This document shows, piece after piece, positions 27,790-41,598 of a DNA stretch of 64,000 nt (within the stretch, counting starts at the first letter, position 1; every line of letters begins with the position of its first letter). The stretch is taken from NCBI GenBank assembly GCA_964016885.1, contig OZ024742.1:298468001-298532000 (forward strand). The letters run 5' to 3'. Both the position numbers and the translations under genes were made by a program. Source of the stretch: Eledone cirrhosa. Its lineage: Eukaryota. The notes under the pieces were generated by a model that saw only the letters and a program-made list of their open reading frames with translations, was not told where the DNA came from and made no database searches.

Positions 27790-28410
27790 TATCATCATCA
27801 TCATCAACGTTTAACGTCCGTGTTCCACGCTTGCATGGGTTTGGACGGGGGTTTTCCCACTTGAGGCAAGAGCGATTGTCTTGCTCGCATAGGACTGTCT
27901 GGCAGGTTTTCTACAGTTGGATGCCCTTCCTAACACCAACCACATTTACAGCGTGGGTCTGGGAGGTTTTTACCGTGTTGCCTACACGGCCACATTACAG
28001 CGTGGACTGTGTGTTTTTTTGTCGTGACACCTACACGATCTCATTTGTTTCGGCTTGGATGGTGTGGCACCAACATAACTTTACATAGAAGGGGGCGGTG
28101 TGGATGGGGTGGGGGTGTTGGGACGGGGGTGTATTTTGTTAGAGATGCCTACTGACTGTAGCAGTTTTTACTTTGTATTTAGGTAAGGCGGGTCTTCTCT
28201 ATTACTGAGTACCGCCAAAGGTCTCGGTCCAGTGACATTGTCTTGGTGAGGTGTAAGTGTGTGAGGTCGGAGTTTATCAGCTCGTCCCAGGTTTTTCTGG
28301 GTCTGCCTATTCCGTGGCTACCGTCTATCTTTATTGCCCTGCACTTTGTTATACAGCTATCGTCCTTCATGCGCATCACGTGACCATACCAACGTAGCCT
28401 TCTCTCTAGT
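27790..28410 (-). pseudogene. RTE family 1 3' fragment
   Basis: [17 protein letters not shown]...RPRKTW...KTRLT plus 3'UTR and tail. Confidence 0.9.
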
Positions 28411-28859
28411 ATATCCCTACTGACAATTATCACAACAATGAACCATTTTACTACACACACACACACACACACACACATATTTGTCTTAATAGACATATTT
28501 TTCAGTGACTTCTCAACATGACTGCAACTCAATCAAGTGGAAAAGGACACTCTTCGAGAAATCTACATTTGGTGCGAAACCAATTCGCGCTAAAATCAAT
28601 TTTAACATTCACCTGACTTCTACCGACCAATCAAAATTGTTTTGACTACAAGAATTTTTGCGACACAAATTGGTGCAAAATTTATAGTGCTTGTTCACGT
28701 GACATTCAACAACCAACCAAATCTTAATACCTCTGGAGCCAATTTTTTCACATAAAACAGGAAGAATTTCCAAAACTGATCAGATTAGAGCAAATATCAA
28801 GGGCGCTCTATCTTAAAATTATTTTTGAAAAGCATTAGAAATGCGCAACCGGTAAAAAC

Positions 28860-28890
<31 letters not shown>

Positions 28891-28901
28891 GTATATATAT
28901 G

Positions 28902-28932
<31 letters not shown>

Positions 28933-28949
28933 GTATATATATATATAGG

Positions 28950-28981
<32 letters not shown>

Positions 28982-29226
28982 TGTATATATATATATGTAT
29001 ATATATATATATACATATAAATATATATACATATATACATATATATACATATATACATATATATATACATATATACACATATATATATACATATATATAT
29101 ACATATATATAAATATATACATATATACATATATACAAATATATACATATATACAAATATATACATATATACATATACATATATATATATACATATATAT
29201 ATACATATATACATATACATATATAC

Positions 29227-29311
<85 letters not shown>

Positions 29312-29637
29312 TTCATATATATATATTCATATATATATTCATATATATATACATATATATACATATACATATATACATATATATATACATATATATACAC
29401 ATATATATACACACATATATATACATATATTATATATATATATACATATCTATATATACACACACATATATATAATATATCTATTTACATATATTATATA
29501 TATATATATACATATCTATATATATAAACATATATATATACATATATATATATATATACACATATATATACATATATATATATACACACATATATATATA
29601 ATATATATATATATACATATATTATATATATATATAC

Positions 29638-29687
<50 letters not shown>

Positions 29688-29750
29688 CACATATATATAT
29701 ATATATTTATACATATTTATATATTTATACATATATATATATTTATACAT
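28860..29750. repeat. Long compound (TA)n/(TACA) microsatellite
   Basis: Direct inspection; similar tracts at 31343-32390, 32745-33390, 34850-35315, 40101-40797, 41000-41590, 42427-43595 and 52175-53635. Confidence 0.97.
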
Positions 29751-29809
29751 GTGAGTGTTTGTGTGTGCGTCGTGTCAATAATTTTTTTTTTTTTTTTTTT
29801 TCTTTTAAT

Positions 29810-30298
29810 GACCATGCTGTAAAATGGAGGGGTAGAGAGTGCCCTTGAGTCTAGTAAGACATCCTCTCTAGTGCTGGTGGCACAAATAAAAGCACCCAGT
29901 CCATGCTGTAAAGTGGCGCTGGTGTTAGGAAGGGCATCCAACCAGTGTATCAATGCCAAAACGCTTATCAGCACAGCAACAAAACAGCATAGGAACAACA
30001 AGAAAATATGAAGACGTTGCATCTCAGAGTTGCAACACTTAATGTTGGCACTCTCAGAGGTAGATCTGCTGAAATAGCGGAGATGCTGGAGAGAAGGCAG
30101 GTGGATGTGTGCTGCATGCAAGAGGTGAGATGGAGAGGTGCCTCTGCGAGACTAGTCGTAGGCAAGCGTCTTAGCTATAAGCTATTCTGGGTAGGTAAGG
30201 ATGATGGGCTAGGGGGAGTAGGCATTTTCCTGGCTGAGAAATGGATCAATAAGACAATAGAGGTAGTTCGAGTTAGTAATCGAATAATTAAGCTTAGA
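29810..30298 (+). pseudogene. RTE LINE 5' end: 5'UTR plus N-terminal AP endonuclease fragment
   Basis: LRVATLNVGTLRGRS.EI.EMLERRQVDVCCMQEVRWRG...GVGI (APE motifs). Confidence 0.88.
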
Positions 30299-30299
30299 G

Positions 30300-31341
30300 G
30301 TAGGTTGTATAAACATGTGTGCGTGTATAAATATAGATGTGTGTGTGTGTGTATGTGTATGGGTATACATATAAGTGCGTGTGTGTGTGAAAGATAGTAG
30401 GCCGTAGGGGCTGTTACTGGTCACTATGGTTAGATTAGCCATGTCAGTTCATTTCTCTCAGCCCGGTTGTTAAGTGGGGGTCTGAGGTTCTTAATAACAA
30501 GTGCTTCCTTTATCCTTAAGGATCTGATGCTGCGTTCAGTCGCTAGGACTGTGACCAAGGGTCTGCCCTGTGGGTTTCCGCATTTAAGGATGTGTTTACG
30601 GAAGGAAGATGCGTTGGTATTGACATGTTCCTTGATACAAACATGTAGGGGTCGGATGGTGCTACCTATGTAGAACTTGTTACATTTATCGCATTGAATC
30701 TTAAATACGACATAGGTGCGTAGGCAATCTGGCCCCCATATGGGGCAGTTGCTGAGGGAACACGTCCCATCTGACTCGTCGGGTTTGTTGGAGAGGCATC
30801 TTCGGAGTGAAAGTCCTGTGTGGGCCAAATGTATGTCAAGTCCCTCCCTCCGTATGGCCCTGCGGATGGCGTTCGTGGTATATTCACTCAGTTGAGGGAT
30901 TTTAAAGAAGCAATTGTATTTATCTAAGTTTCTAGTGGGTGTCTTTCTATTGGGTCTGGGGTCTCTAATTCCGTTAATCAGTCGCTTGGGATATCCATTA
31001 GACTTGAGGAGATTACGGAATTGTGTGGTATGGGTGAGACCATCCATCAGGTCGGTGCATCTATTAGTGATCCGTGTCAGTTCATTTAGGACATAGCCTC
31101 TCTTAGCGTTGTTGGGGAGGGCTGAGTTGTAATGCACAAATAAGTCCTTGCACGCTGCCTTGCGGTAGAAGGTGGTGTTTATGTCTCCTTCTTCCGAGAT
31201 GTTGATACGGAAGTCGAGGAGGGCAAGTGACCCGTCTTCTTCAGGATGTTCGATGGTGAAATCAACGTGATGGTCAGTGTCGTTGAAGATTTGGTGAATT
31301 TCATTCGCCATCTCCCGGGAAGAAGTGAGTATCAGTATGTC
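30300..31341 (-). pseudogene. Penelope-like element, 5'-truncated: RT C-terminus plus GIY-YIG endonuclease
   Basis: [69 protein letters not shown]; open to the stop at 30430. Confidence 0.9.
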
Positions 31342-31581
31342 ATATATATATTTACATATGTACATATATATATATACATATATACATATATAAATATATA
31401 CATATATATAAATATATACATATATAAATATATAAATATATAAATATATACATATATAAATATATACATATATAAATATATACATATATAAATATATACA
31501 TATATAAATATATACATATATAAATATATACATACATAAATATATACATACATAAATATATACATACATATATATATATAC

Positions 31582-31666
<85 letters not shown>

Positions 31667-31725
31667 CATATATATATGTCTAACCCATGCTAGCGTGGAA
31701 GAACGGACGTAAAACGGTGATGATG

Positions 31726-31762
<37 letters not shown>

Positions 31763-31772
31763 CATACATATG

Positions 31773-31806
<34 letters not shown>

Positions 31807-31883
31807 CATCTATATACATATATATATATATACATATATATTCATATATACATATATATACATATATACATATATATATATAC

Positions 31884-31914
<31 letters not shown>

Positions 31915-31919
31915 CATAC

Positions 31920-31950
<31 letters not shown>

Positions 31951-31995
31951 CATATATATATACTTATATATATATATATATATATACATATATAC

Positions 31996-32026
<31 letters not shown>

Positions 32027-32173
32027 CATATATATATACTTATATATATATATATATATACATATATACATATATATACATATACATATATATACATATA
32101 CATATATATACATATACATATATATACATATACATATATATACATATACATATATATACATATATACATATAT

Positions 32174-32233
<60 letters not shown>

Positions 32234-32255
32234 ATATATACATATATACATATAT

Positions 32256-32302
<47 letters not shown>

Positions 32303-32322
32303 CATATGTATGTATATATATG

Positions 32323-32390
<68 letters not shown>

Positions 32391-32744
32391 TGGAGGCACA
32401 TGGCTTAGTGGTTAGACCATTGGCCTTGCAATCGAAAGGTTGTGAGTTCAATTCTCAGACCGGGTGATGTGTTGTTTCCTTGAGCAAGACACTTTATTTC
32501 ACATTGCTGCAGTTTACTCAGCTGTAGAAATGAGATGATAGGGACTGGGGTCCATATCATTCCACTGCAAAGTGGTCGTGGAGGTGCCACGGCAAAAAAG
32601 CACCCAGTACTCACTGTAAATGAGGTTAGTGTTAGGAAGGGCATCCAGCTGTAGAAATCAAGCCAGAATCAGTTCCCGTCCCACCCTTGCAAGCAGGGAA
32701 AAAGTGGACGTTAAATGAAATGATGATGATGATGAAATGATGAT
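32391..32744 (+). mobile_element. Full-length tRNA-derived SINE with RTE-type tail
   Basis: A box tggcttagtgg, B box gagttcaattc, ccttgagcaagacact body (V-domain-like), tail cccgtcccacccttgcaagcagggaaaaagtggacg(..gat)n. Confidence 0.9.
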
Positions 32745-32929
32745 ATATATATATATATATACATATATATATGTGTATACATATACATATATATACATAT
32801 ACATATATATACATATACATATATATACATATATATTATATATATACATATATACATATATATACATATATATATACATATATACGCATATATACATATA
32901 TATATACATATATACGCATATATATATAC

Positions 32930-32962
<33 letters not shown>

Positions 32963-33166
32963 CATATATATACATATGTACATATATATATATACATATA
33001 TATATATATACATATATACATATATACATATATATATATTCGTATATATATACATATATATATACATATACATATATATATATACACATATATATACACA
33101 CATATACATACACACATATATATACATATATTATATATATATATATACATATCTATATATATAAAC

Positions 33167-33201
<35 letters not shown>

Positions 33202-33361
33202 TATATACACATATATATATATATATATATATATCTATTTACATATATTATATATATATATACATATCTACATAGATAAACATATATATATATACATATA
33301 TATATATACACACATATATATATAATATATATATATACATATATTATATATATATATATAC

Positions 33362-33391
<30 letters not shown>

Positions 33392-33399
<8 letters not shown>

Positions 33400-34353
33400 T
33401 ATATTTTGAGAATAAACTCTCAGTCGTTTACAATAATTAAGCTCCAGGAAGGGGCTCTTCCGAGCAGTTAAATACATTTAAAGTATATGATAAACACGAA
33501 ATGTGTTTACATTGCAACAGACAAAGTTAGCCATTAATGAAATAAACTAATAAAAGTGAATACAATTTGTCTGTCTCGATACAAGTCAATAAAGACAAGC
33601 TTATATTGGCAACTGCCATGATTCCTGGACATATTTAAATTTCAAAATTCAAACCTGTTCTGTAGACGAACTTGAACCTCGAAACCCAAATAAGTTTCGC
33701 AATGGTGGAATGTGAATTGAAAAATAAAGAGAATCGAAATGGAATAGAAATAAAAGAGTGAAATATCCAAATCATCTGTGCATATCAACAGGAATCCAGT
33801 AAGATTAGTCTATCTCACATCAAACATTTTGCAGGACTGACTACACGTGGGTAGGCAGGCCAAAACTAGCTATCCCACATTCACGGTGCTAGAAATAACA
33901 GCCGCTTATGCAGGATTAAGGATCAGCTCTTACAATAAAGGAGCTATACATTATATTATATTTTGAGAATAAACTCTCAGTCGTTTACAATAATTAAGCT
34001 CCAGGAAGGGGCTCTTCCGAGCAGTTAAATACAGTGGGATAGCTAGTTTTGGCCTGCCTACCCACGTGTAGTCAGTCCTGCAAAATTTTTGATGTGAGAT
34101 AGACTAATCTTACTGGATTCCTGTTGATATGCACAGATGATTTGGATATTTCACTCTTTATTCGTCTACAGAACAGGTTTGAATTTTGAAATTTAAATAT
34201 GTCCAGGAATCATGGCAGTTGCCAATATAAGCTTGTCTTTATTGACTTGTATCGAGACAGACAAATTGTATTCACTTTTATTAGTTTATTTCATTAATGG
34301 CTAACTTTGTCTGTTGCAATGTAAACACATTTCGTGTTTATCATATACTTTAA

Positions 34354-34357
<4 letters not shown>
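33392..34357. mobile_element. Direct plus inverted repeat module (A-B-c-A-B'), PLE pLTR-like architecture
   Basis: ~80-bp direct repeat 33395-33475 / 33950-34033; inverted copy of 33473-33879 at 34034-34357 with an internal deletion; TA tracts on both sides. Confidence 0.6.
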
Positions 34358-34419
<62 letters not shown>

Positions 34420-35315
34420 GTAATAAAATGAAAACGAAATTTCATTTCTCACTCTTAGTACGGCACTTACTTAAATGTAAGTATGTATGTATACGTACAT
34501 ACATATATGTATACAGACGTACAGTAGCATGCATATATATATATATATATACATATATACATACAGGTACACATACATATATGTACGCATCAGTTTATCG
34601 GACGCTTATTATAGCGCCCGCTTTGTTCGTTTGTAAACAAACTGAACAGCCTGAATTTATGCCGCACGGTGTTAAGGCAACCATGTCACCTTTTTGTTCA
34701 ACACTGACACAGGAACGATGTACTAGTTTCAAGCTTGTTTTCTATCATCAGCACCGTATACCCATCTGCCAGATAGTTGAACGTTTGAAAGTATATACTT
34801 TCCTTATGAAAATTAACGGCTGAGCAGCCTAATTTGCATAAGGAAAGTATATATATATATTTATACATATATATATATTTATACATATATATATATATAT
34901 TTATACATATATATATATTTATACATATATATATATATACATATATATATATTTATACATATATATATATTTATACATATATATATATTTATACATATAT
35001 ATATAGTTATACATATATATATATTTATACATATGTATATATATTTATATATATATATTTATACATATATATATATTTATACATATATATATATTTATAT
35101 ATATGTATATATATTTATACAATATATATACACATATATATATATATTTATACATATATATATATTTATACATATATATATATATTTATACATATATATA
35201 TATATTTATACATATATATATATTTATATATATATATTTATACATATATATATATATATATACATATATATTTATACATATATATATATTTATACATATA
35301 TATATATTTATACAT

Positions 35316-38300
35316 ATCTCTTTTACTCTTTTACCTGTTTCAGCCATCCGGCTGAGGCCATGCTGGGGCACCGCCCTTGTTGCTACACATTTTATCTCCA
35401 GCCTGTATAGGTTGGCCACTGGTGTTAGAGGGAGTTTGTTGCTGCTGCCCTTAGGTTTCCCTCGTCTCTTGCTGTGGGCTCATCCGGGATCCTGGATAAC
35501 AATTTGTCGAGATGTTTCTGGAAGACATCCACCTCCACGTCATGCAAGTCTCTCAGATCCCTCGGCAGCCTGTTGAAGAGTTGAGGGCCCTTGAATCCCA
35601 GGCTATTGCAATACCTGCTCCTTATTCTAGATGTGGAAGACGGGACCTTTGGTACCACACAGTGACGTCCTGTTCGACGGTTGGTCCAGCTCCCAATGCC
35701 AAAGTTTGGTGCTAGTCCCTCCAGGATTTTCCACATGTAGATCACTGCATATCTCTCCCGTCTTCGCTCCAAGGAGTAGAGGTTCAGTTCCTTTAACCTC
35801 TCCCAGTAGCTTGTCTCCCTCATCTTGGCAATCCTCTTGGTGTAGCTTCGCTGGATTGCCTCAAGCTCCGTGGTTAGTATGATACTATGGGGTGACCATA
35901 ACTGGGAGCAGTAGTCCAGGTGGCTTAGGACAAATGTCCTCCATAGTGTCAACATGGTGTCTCGATCTCTTGTCCGGAAAGTCCTCAAGATCCAGCCAGC
36001 GAGTCGTCTGCACATTGTCGCCACTTTCATGATGTGTGAAGAAAAAGATGCATCATCGTTCATGTCTATGCCCAGGTCTCGTATCGATTTTGACACGGGG
36101 ATATCGGTCCCTCCTGGTCCTGTGTAGTTGTGTTCCACTATATTTGTGTTTGCAGGTTTGTTTGGAATTTGCCAGCATTAAACTGCATGTTGTTTTCTTC
36201 CGCCCATTTGTATATGGCATCCAGATCCTGCTGTAAAAGGGCAGCGTCAGCCGGGTTTTTGATTGCCTGTGCTACCTTAGTGTCATCAGCATAGCTAGTG
36301 AGGGATGTTGTTGTATGCACTACAGAGGGCATGTCTGAGAGAGCCACCAAAAACAGTAGTGTTTCTTTTGAGAGGGCCCCATTTGCTGCGACTGCCTGGC
36401 TTCTGTCCCTTAGGAAGCCATACAGCCACTCACCTACTTTTCCAGTTATGCCGAGTCCATGTAGTTTGTGACATATCATTCCGTGGTCGACCTTGTCAAA
36501 GGCCTTCGCAAAGTCAAGATATATCACGTCCACATGTGAGCTGTCTAGTAGTTGTCTCAGTACCCAGTCGTAGTGATGTAGCAGCTGTGTAAGGCAGCTT
36601 CTTCCTGGCCGGAAGCCATGTTGCGTGCTAGTCAGGCAGTCATTTTCCTCGAGGAAAGTGATCAGTTTCTTTCTGACGACTCGCTCCATGACCTTACTGA
36701 TATGCGACGTCAGGGAGACTGGCCTATAGTTTTTGGCCTCTGCTCTGCTACCTCCTTCATGGATAGGGCATATTGTGCCTTCTTTCAGCTCCCTGGGTAG
36801 TACACCATTAGCCAAGGAGCTTCTGAAGAGCATCTTCAGTGGAGTTGCTAAGGCCCGCTTACATATTTTTAAGAGAACTGCTGGGAATCCATCAGGTCCA
36901 GCATCCGAGTCTGTTCTAATTTCATCAATGGCGTACACCACATCCTCCTCCATTATGTCTATGTGGTTGATGGTTGCCATTTCTTGATGTAGTGTTGTGG
37001 CATCAAAGAACTCCTCTGGCTTCGTTATTTGCATGTGCCTCAGTGGACATGTGAACACACTTTTGTACTGTTCGTTCAGTATTTCACATATCTCTTGGGA
37101 GTTTTCGGTTAATGAACCATCCGTATGGAAGAGTGGCCCAATCTTGCAGTGTACTGAGGCAGTTTCTTTTGCAAATTTAAAGAAGGCCTTAGGGTTTGTT
37201 TTAATGTTTTCTATGGCCCTGTTCTCTTTCTTTGCTCTCTCATTCTCATGGGAATGTTTGAGTGCAATCTCGGTGTCAAGTAGTGCCCGTTTCAAATAGG
37301 ATTCCTTCTTGTTTTTGTTTTGTTGACTATTCAACTGGTTTGAGAGTTTAGTTCTACGTCTCATAAGGATTTTCCTATCTCTGGGAATAAGATTTTTGTG
37401 TCTGTTTGCCTCTTTCTCCAGGACAAACTTTTTGCATATAGTGTGTATCGTTGTCATGAAGTGTTGAAATTGTGTGTTAGTGTCTTGTGTGGCGGTGTTT
37501 TCACTCCATCTTTGCTTCCGGATTTCTCTCTTAATCTTTTTCCAGTTAGCCTTGTAGAAGTTAAGGCTGGAATGTGTCCAGGAGCTTCTTGGTGGTTTTG
37601 TCTCTGTTGGTTCTCTTGGACCACATATCATTAGCTCTACTAAGTTATGATCCAAGAGAATTGTTGGTGTCACCTTTACATTGTGGATGAGCACTTCGTT
37701 GTTTGTAAAACAGAGGTCCAGGACATTTTCGCCTCTTGTTGGGAGGAGTATTGCTTGATCCATGAACAGCCTGTGTGTGAGGGCCAGCAGGGATTCCGTC
37801 TGTCTCTGTTCTATTGACGTCATTCCAGGGAGGAAGTGGCCCTCAGACCATTTGACCTTTGGTAGGTTGAAGTCTCCCAGCCAGCAGTAGGATGTTGAGA
37901 CCCTGGTCCAGTTTGTCAAGGACCTCTTCTATCCTACTTAGGCTATCCTCAAATTTACCCTCATGACTCGGGGCATCGGGAGGCCGATATGTGACACATA
38001 TTACTGTCTGTAGTTGCTTCATATGTATTATCAGTGTGTCACAGACTGAGTTTGAATGTGTCAACAGTACAATTGGTGTGACATCTTCACAGATATACAG
38101 AGAAACCCCACCATGAGTTCTCTCCTTCCTGTCCGAACGAAATACAGTATATTTCGGTATATGTATTTCTGCATCTGCTATACTGCTTGTCAGGTGCGTT
38201 TCGGTTAGTGCCATGCATAGTGCTTGATTGCTTATGGCTAATTCTCCCAGGTAGGAAATTTTACTCATGTTGCTGAGTTTCACCAGGCCTCTGACATTCA

Positions 38301-38468
38301 GCAGCAGCACTGGTGTGACTTTTGGGGTGCCAGTAATGGCTGTCGGTATGACACCTGGTCTGGTGTCAGCGGCGGCCACTCTGGGTCCCTTAACTGTGGT
38401 GGTCTCGAGTGCTGGTGTGGATGACCCTGGCTCTGGAGACAATGCAGCCAGGTCAGCTGTCCCACAAT
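35316..38468 (-). pseudogene. CR1/L2-group LINE ORF2 (APE + RT), frameshifted
   Basis: LLNVRGL, LTETHL, YRPP, GDFN, NYRPVSLTSH, YLDFAKAFDKVDH, YADDTK, YSLERRRER; GVPQGSVLGP motif deleted; (gtaaaaga)n tail. Confidence 0.92.
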
Positions 38469-38489
38469 ATATATATTTATAGATATATA

Positions 38490-40100
38490 CAGTGCCCCGC
38501 AAAAGTTTACAACACATTAGGAAAAATGCGGTTTTAGGTATTTTTAATAAAGTTAGGGTAATGAAAATTTAACTACTGATAGAACATATAATAAGGCATT
38601 TAATGATACAATCATATTTTTTTTTAAATAACAAGGAAATAACTCATTAAGAAAAATCAATATTTTTATAACGCAAAAGTTTACAACACATTTTACATTT
38701 ATCGCTTTTTTTCAAGAAAATTTTCAGATTTAAAATTCAGTAGAATGTTCTAGATTAGGTTTAAGGTAACTTCTAAGGACTATTAAAAACATTACGTCAT
38801 TATTTGTCTGACAACCATCCTGTAAACATTGACAACCATCCTGTAAACATTGACAATATGGGGAAAAATAAACTGATTGATCAAGACCTCCATAAACGCA
38901 TTGTAGACCTTCATACAAATGGTGTTGGTTATAGAAAGATATCTTGTCAGTTAAATGTGCCATTGAGTTCACTTGGTACTATAATTCGTCACTGGAAATC
39001 TCATCATTCCATCTGTCCTCTAATTAGTTCTGGTCGTCCTAGAAAGATAACGGAACGTGCAGATCGGTTATTGACGAGAAAGGTTGGCAACGAACCCCGG
39101 TGTACTCTTTAAAATCTTCAGGATGACCTGGAAGAAAGTGGAGTAAAAGTGAGCACAGATACAATTAGTCGTTCACTTCATCGATATAATATCTTCTTGA
39201 GGTCTCCAAGGAAAACACCACTTCTTACGAGGAAACACGTTCTTCGTCGATTAAACTTTGCAAATGAGCATCTCATCCGACCTGCGTCATTTTGGGAATG
39301 TGTACTTTGGTCGAACGAAACAAAAATTGAACTTTCTGGTCGAAATGCTGTGGCAAAAGTCTGGAGAAAGTAAAGTACTGAATATTCGCCGAAGAATACT
39401 ATTCCAACTGTAAAATTTGGAGGTGGATCAATCATGGTCTGGGGTTGCTTTAATGCCACAGGTGTAGGAAATATTGAAATAATAGAAGGAAGAATGGGTG
39501 GCGCTTATTATAGAGGTATTTTGCAAAGGAATTTACATCAAAGTGCACATTCTCTCAGCTTAAAGCCAGGTTGGTTTTTTCAACAAGACAACGATCCAAA
39601 GCATACTGCAAAGCTAACACAATCTTGGTTAAGTACGAATGGAATAAATGTTCTAAAATGGCCAAGTCAGTCTCCAGATCTTAACCCGATCGAAAATTTG
39701 TGGAGAGAACTGAAACTCAGAATTCAAAAAAGGAAACCCCAAAATATCCCTGAACTAAAGAAAATTTGTTGTGAAGAATGGAAAAATATTAGCCAAGAAA
39801 CATGCAAGAAGTTTGTAGGAGGCAACTCCAAACGCCTACAGGCTATAATTAGCAACAAAGGTTACGCTACGAAATATTAAGAGATGATTTAATAAATGTG
39901 TTGTAAACTTTTGCGTTATAAAAATATTGATTTTTCTTAATGAGTTATTTTCTTGTTATTTTTTTAAAAATATGATTGTATCATGAAATGCTGCCTCATT
40001 ATATGTTCTATCAGTAGTTAAATTTTCATTACCCTAACTTTATTAAAAATACCTAAAACCACACTTTTCCTAATGTGTTGTAAACTTTTGCGGGGCACTG
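38490..40100 (+). mobile_element. Full-length Tc1-family transposon with IR/DR-type long TIRs
   Basis: TA-cagtgccccgc...gcggggcactg-TA; ~205-bp TIRs, each with two gcaaaagtttacaacacatt repeats. Confidence 0.97.
38858..39880 (+). pseudogene. Tc1 transposase (DD34E), 340 codons, two in-frame TAA stops, first Asp mutated to Asn
   Basis: GRPRK, WSNETK, MVWGCF, FQQDNDPKH, WPSQSPDLNPIENLW; the three ORF pieces share one frame. Confidence 0.95.
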
Positions 40101-40544
40101 TATATATTTATATATATGTATATATATTTATATATATATATTTATACATATATATATATATTTATACATATATATATATTTATATATATGTATATATATT
40201 TATATATATATATTTATACATATATATATATACATATATAAATATATACATATATATCATCATATTTATATATATATATACATATATATATATACATATA
40301 TAAATATATACATATATATATATACATATATAAATATATACATATATATATATTTATATATATATATATACATATATATACATATATAAATATATACATA
40401 TATATATATTTATATATACATATATAAATATATACATATATATATATTTATATATATATATATACATATATATATACATATATAAATATATACATATATA
40501 TATATTTATATATACATATATAAATATATACATATATATATATT

Positions 40545-40576
<32 letters not shown>

Positions 40577-40606
40577 CATACATAAATATATACATATATA
40601 TATATT

Positions 40607-40638
<32 letters not shown>

Positions 40639-40767
40639 CATATATAAATATATACATATATATATATTTATATATACATATATATATATATACATATATA
40701 TATATTTATATATATATATATACATATATACATATATACATATATAAATATATACATATATAAATAT

Positions 40768-40797
<30 letters not shown>

Positions 40798-40798
<1 letters not shown>

Positions 40799-40996
40799 GT
40801 TTTAATATAGATGAGATTCTACAGGACGAGAACTGTTTCATTCATTAGAAATCATCAGGAATCTGATTCCTGATGATTTCTAATGAATGAAACAGTTCTC
40901 GTCCTGTAGAATCTCATCTATATTAAAACTGTTATACTCTGCTATGTATTGAGTACCTTACTTACTGTGGTTACCTCCGATTCAACCCGGAATAAC

Positions 40997-40997
<1 letters not shown>
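40798..40997 (+). mobile_element. Minimal PLE fold-back: perfect 66-bp-arm palindrome plus tail
   Basis: 40798-40863 / 40865-40930 with a 1-nt loop; tail contains gtattgagtac, shared with the elements ending at 52175 and 56162. Confidence 0.8.
40865..40913 (+). ncRNA. Type I hammerhead motif (reverse copy 40815-40863)
   Basis: gattc-CTGATGA-tttctaatgaat-GAAACAG-ttctcgtc-CTGTA-gaatc. Confidence 0.8.
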
Positions 40998-41071
<74 letters not shown>

Positions 41072-41082
41072 CATATATATAC

Positions 41083-41126
<44 letters not shown>

Positions 41127-41198
41127 GTATATATATATATACATATATATATATACATACATATATATATATGTATATATATATATACATATATATAT

Positions 41199-41251
<53 letters not shown>

Positions 41252-41256
41252 CAACC

Positions 41257-41345
<89 letters not shown>

Positions 41346-41360
41346 CATATATATATATAC

Positions 41361-41423
<63 letters not shown>

Positions 41424-41546
41424 GATATATATACATATATATATATAGATATATATACATATATATATATAGATATATATACATATATATATAACGAAGG
41501 AAATGTGGTAAGGAACCAGGTGGACCATAACGCACCAAAGTACTCA

Positions 41547-41591
<45 letters not shown>

Positions 41592-41598
<7 letters not shown>

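Noticed and set aside
32391-32470. tRNA gene
   Set aside because: A/B boxes are followed by a SINE body and LINE tail, with no complete cloverleaf
33405-33470. Hammerhead in repeat A (cggaaga...taaac, minus strand)
   Set aside because: No GAAA after stem II and no proper stem III/NUH; at best a decayed motif
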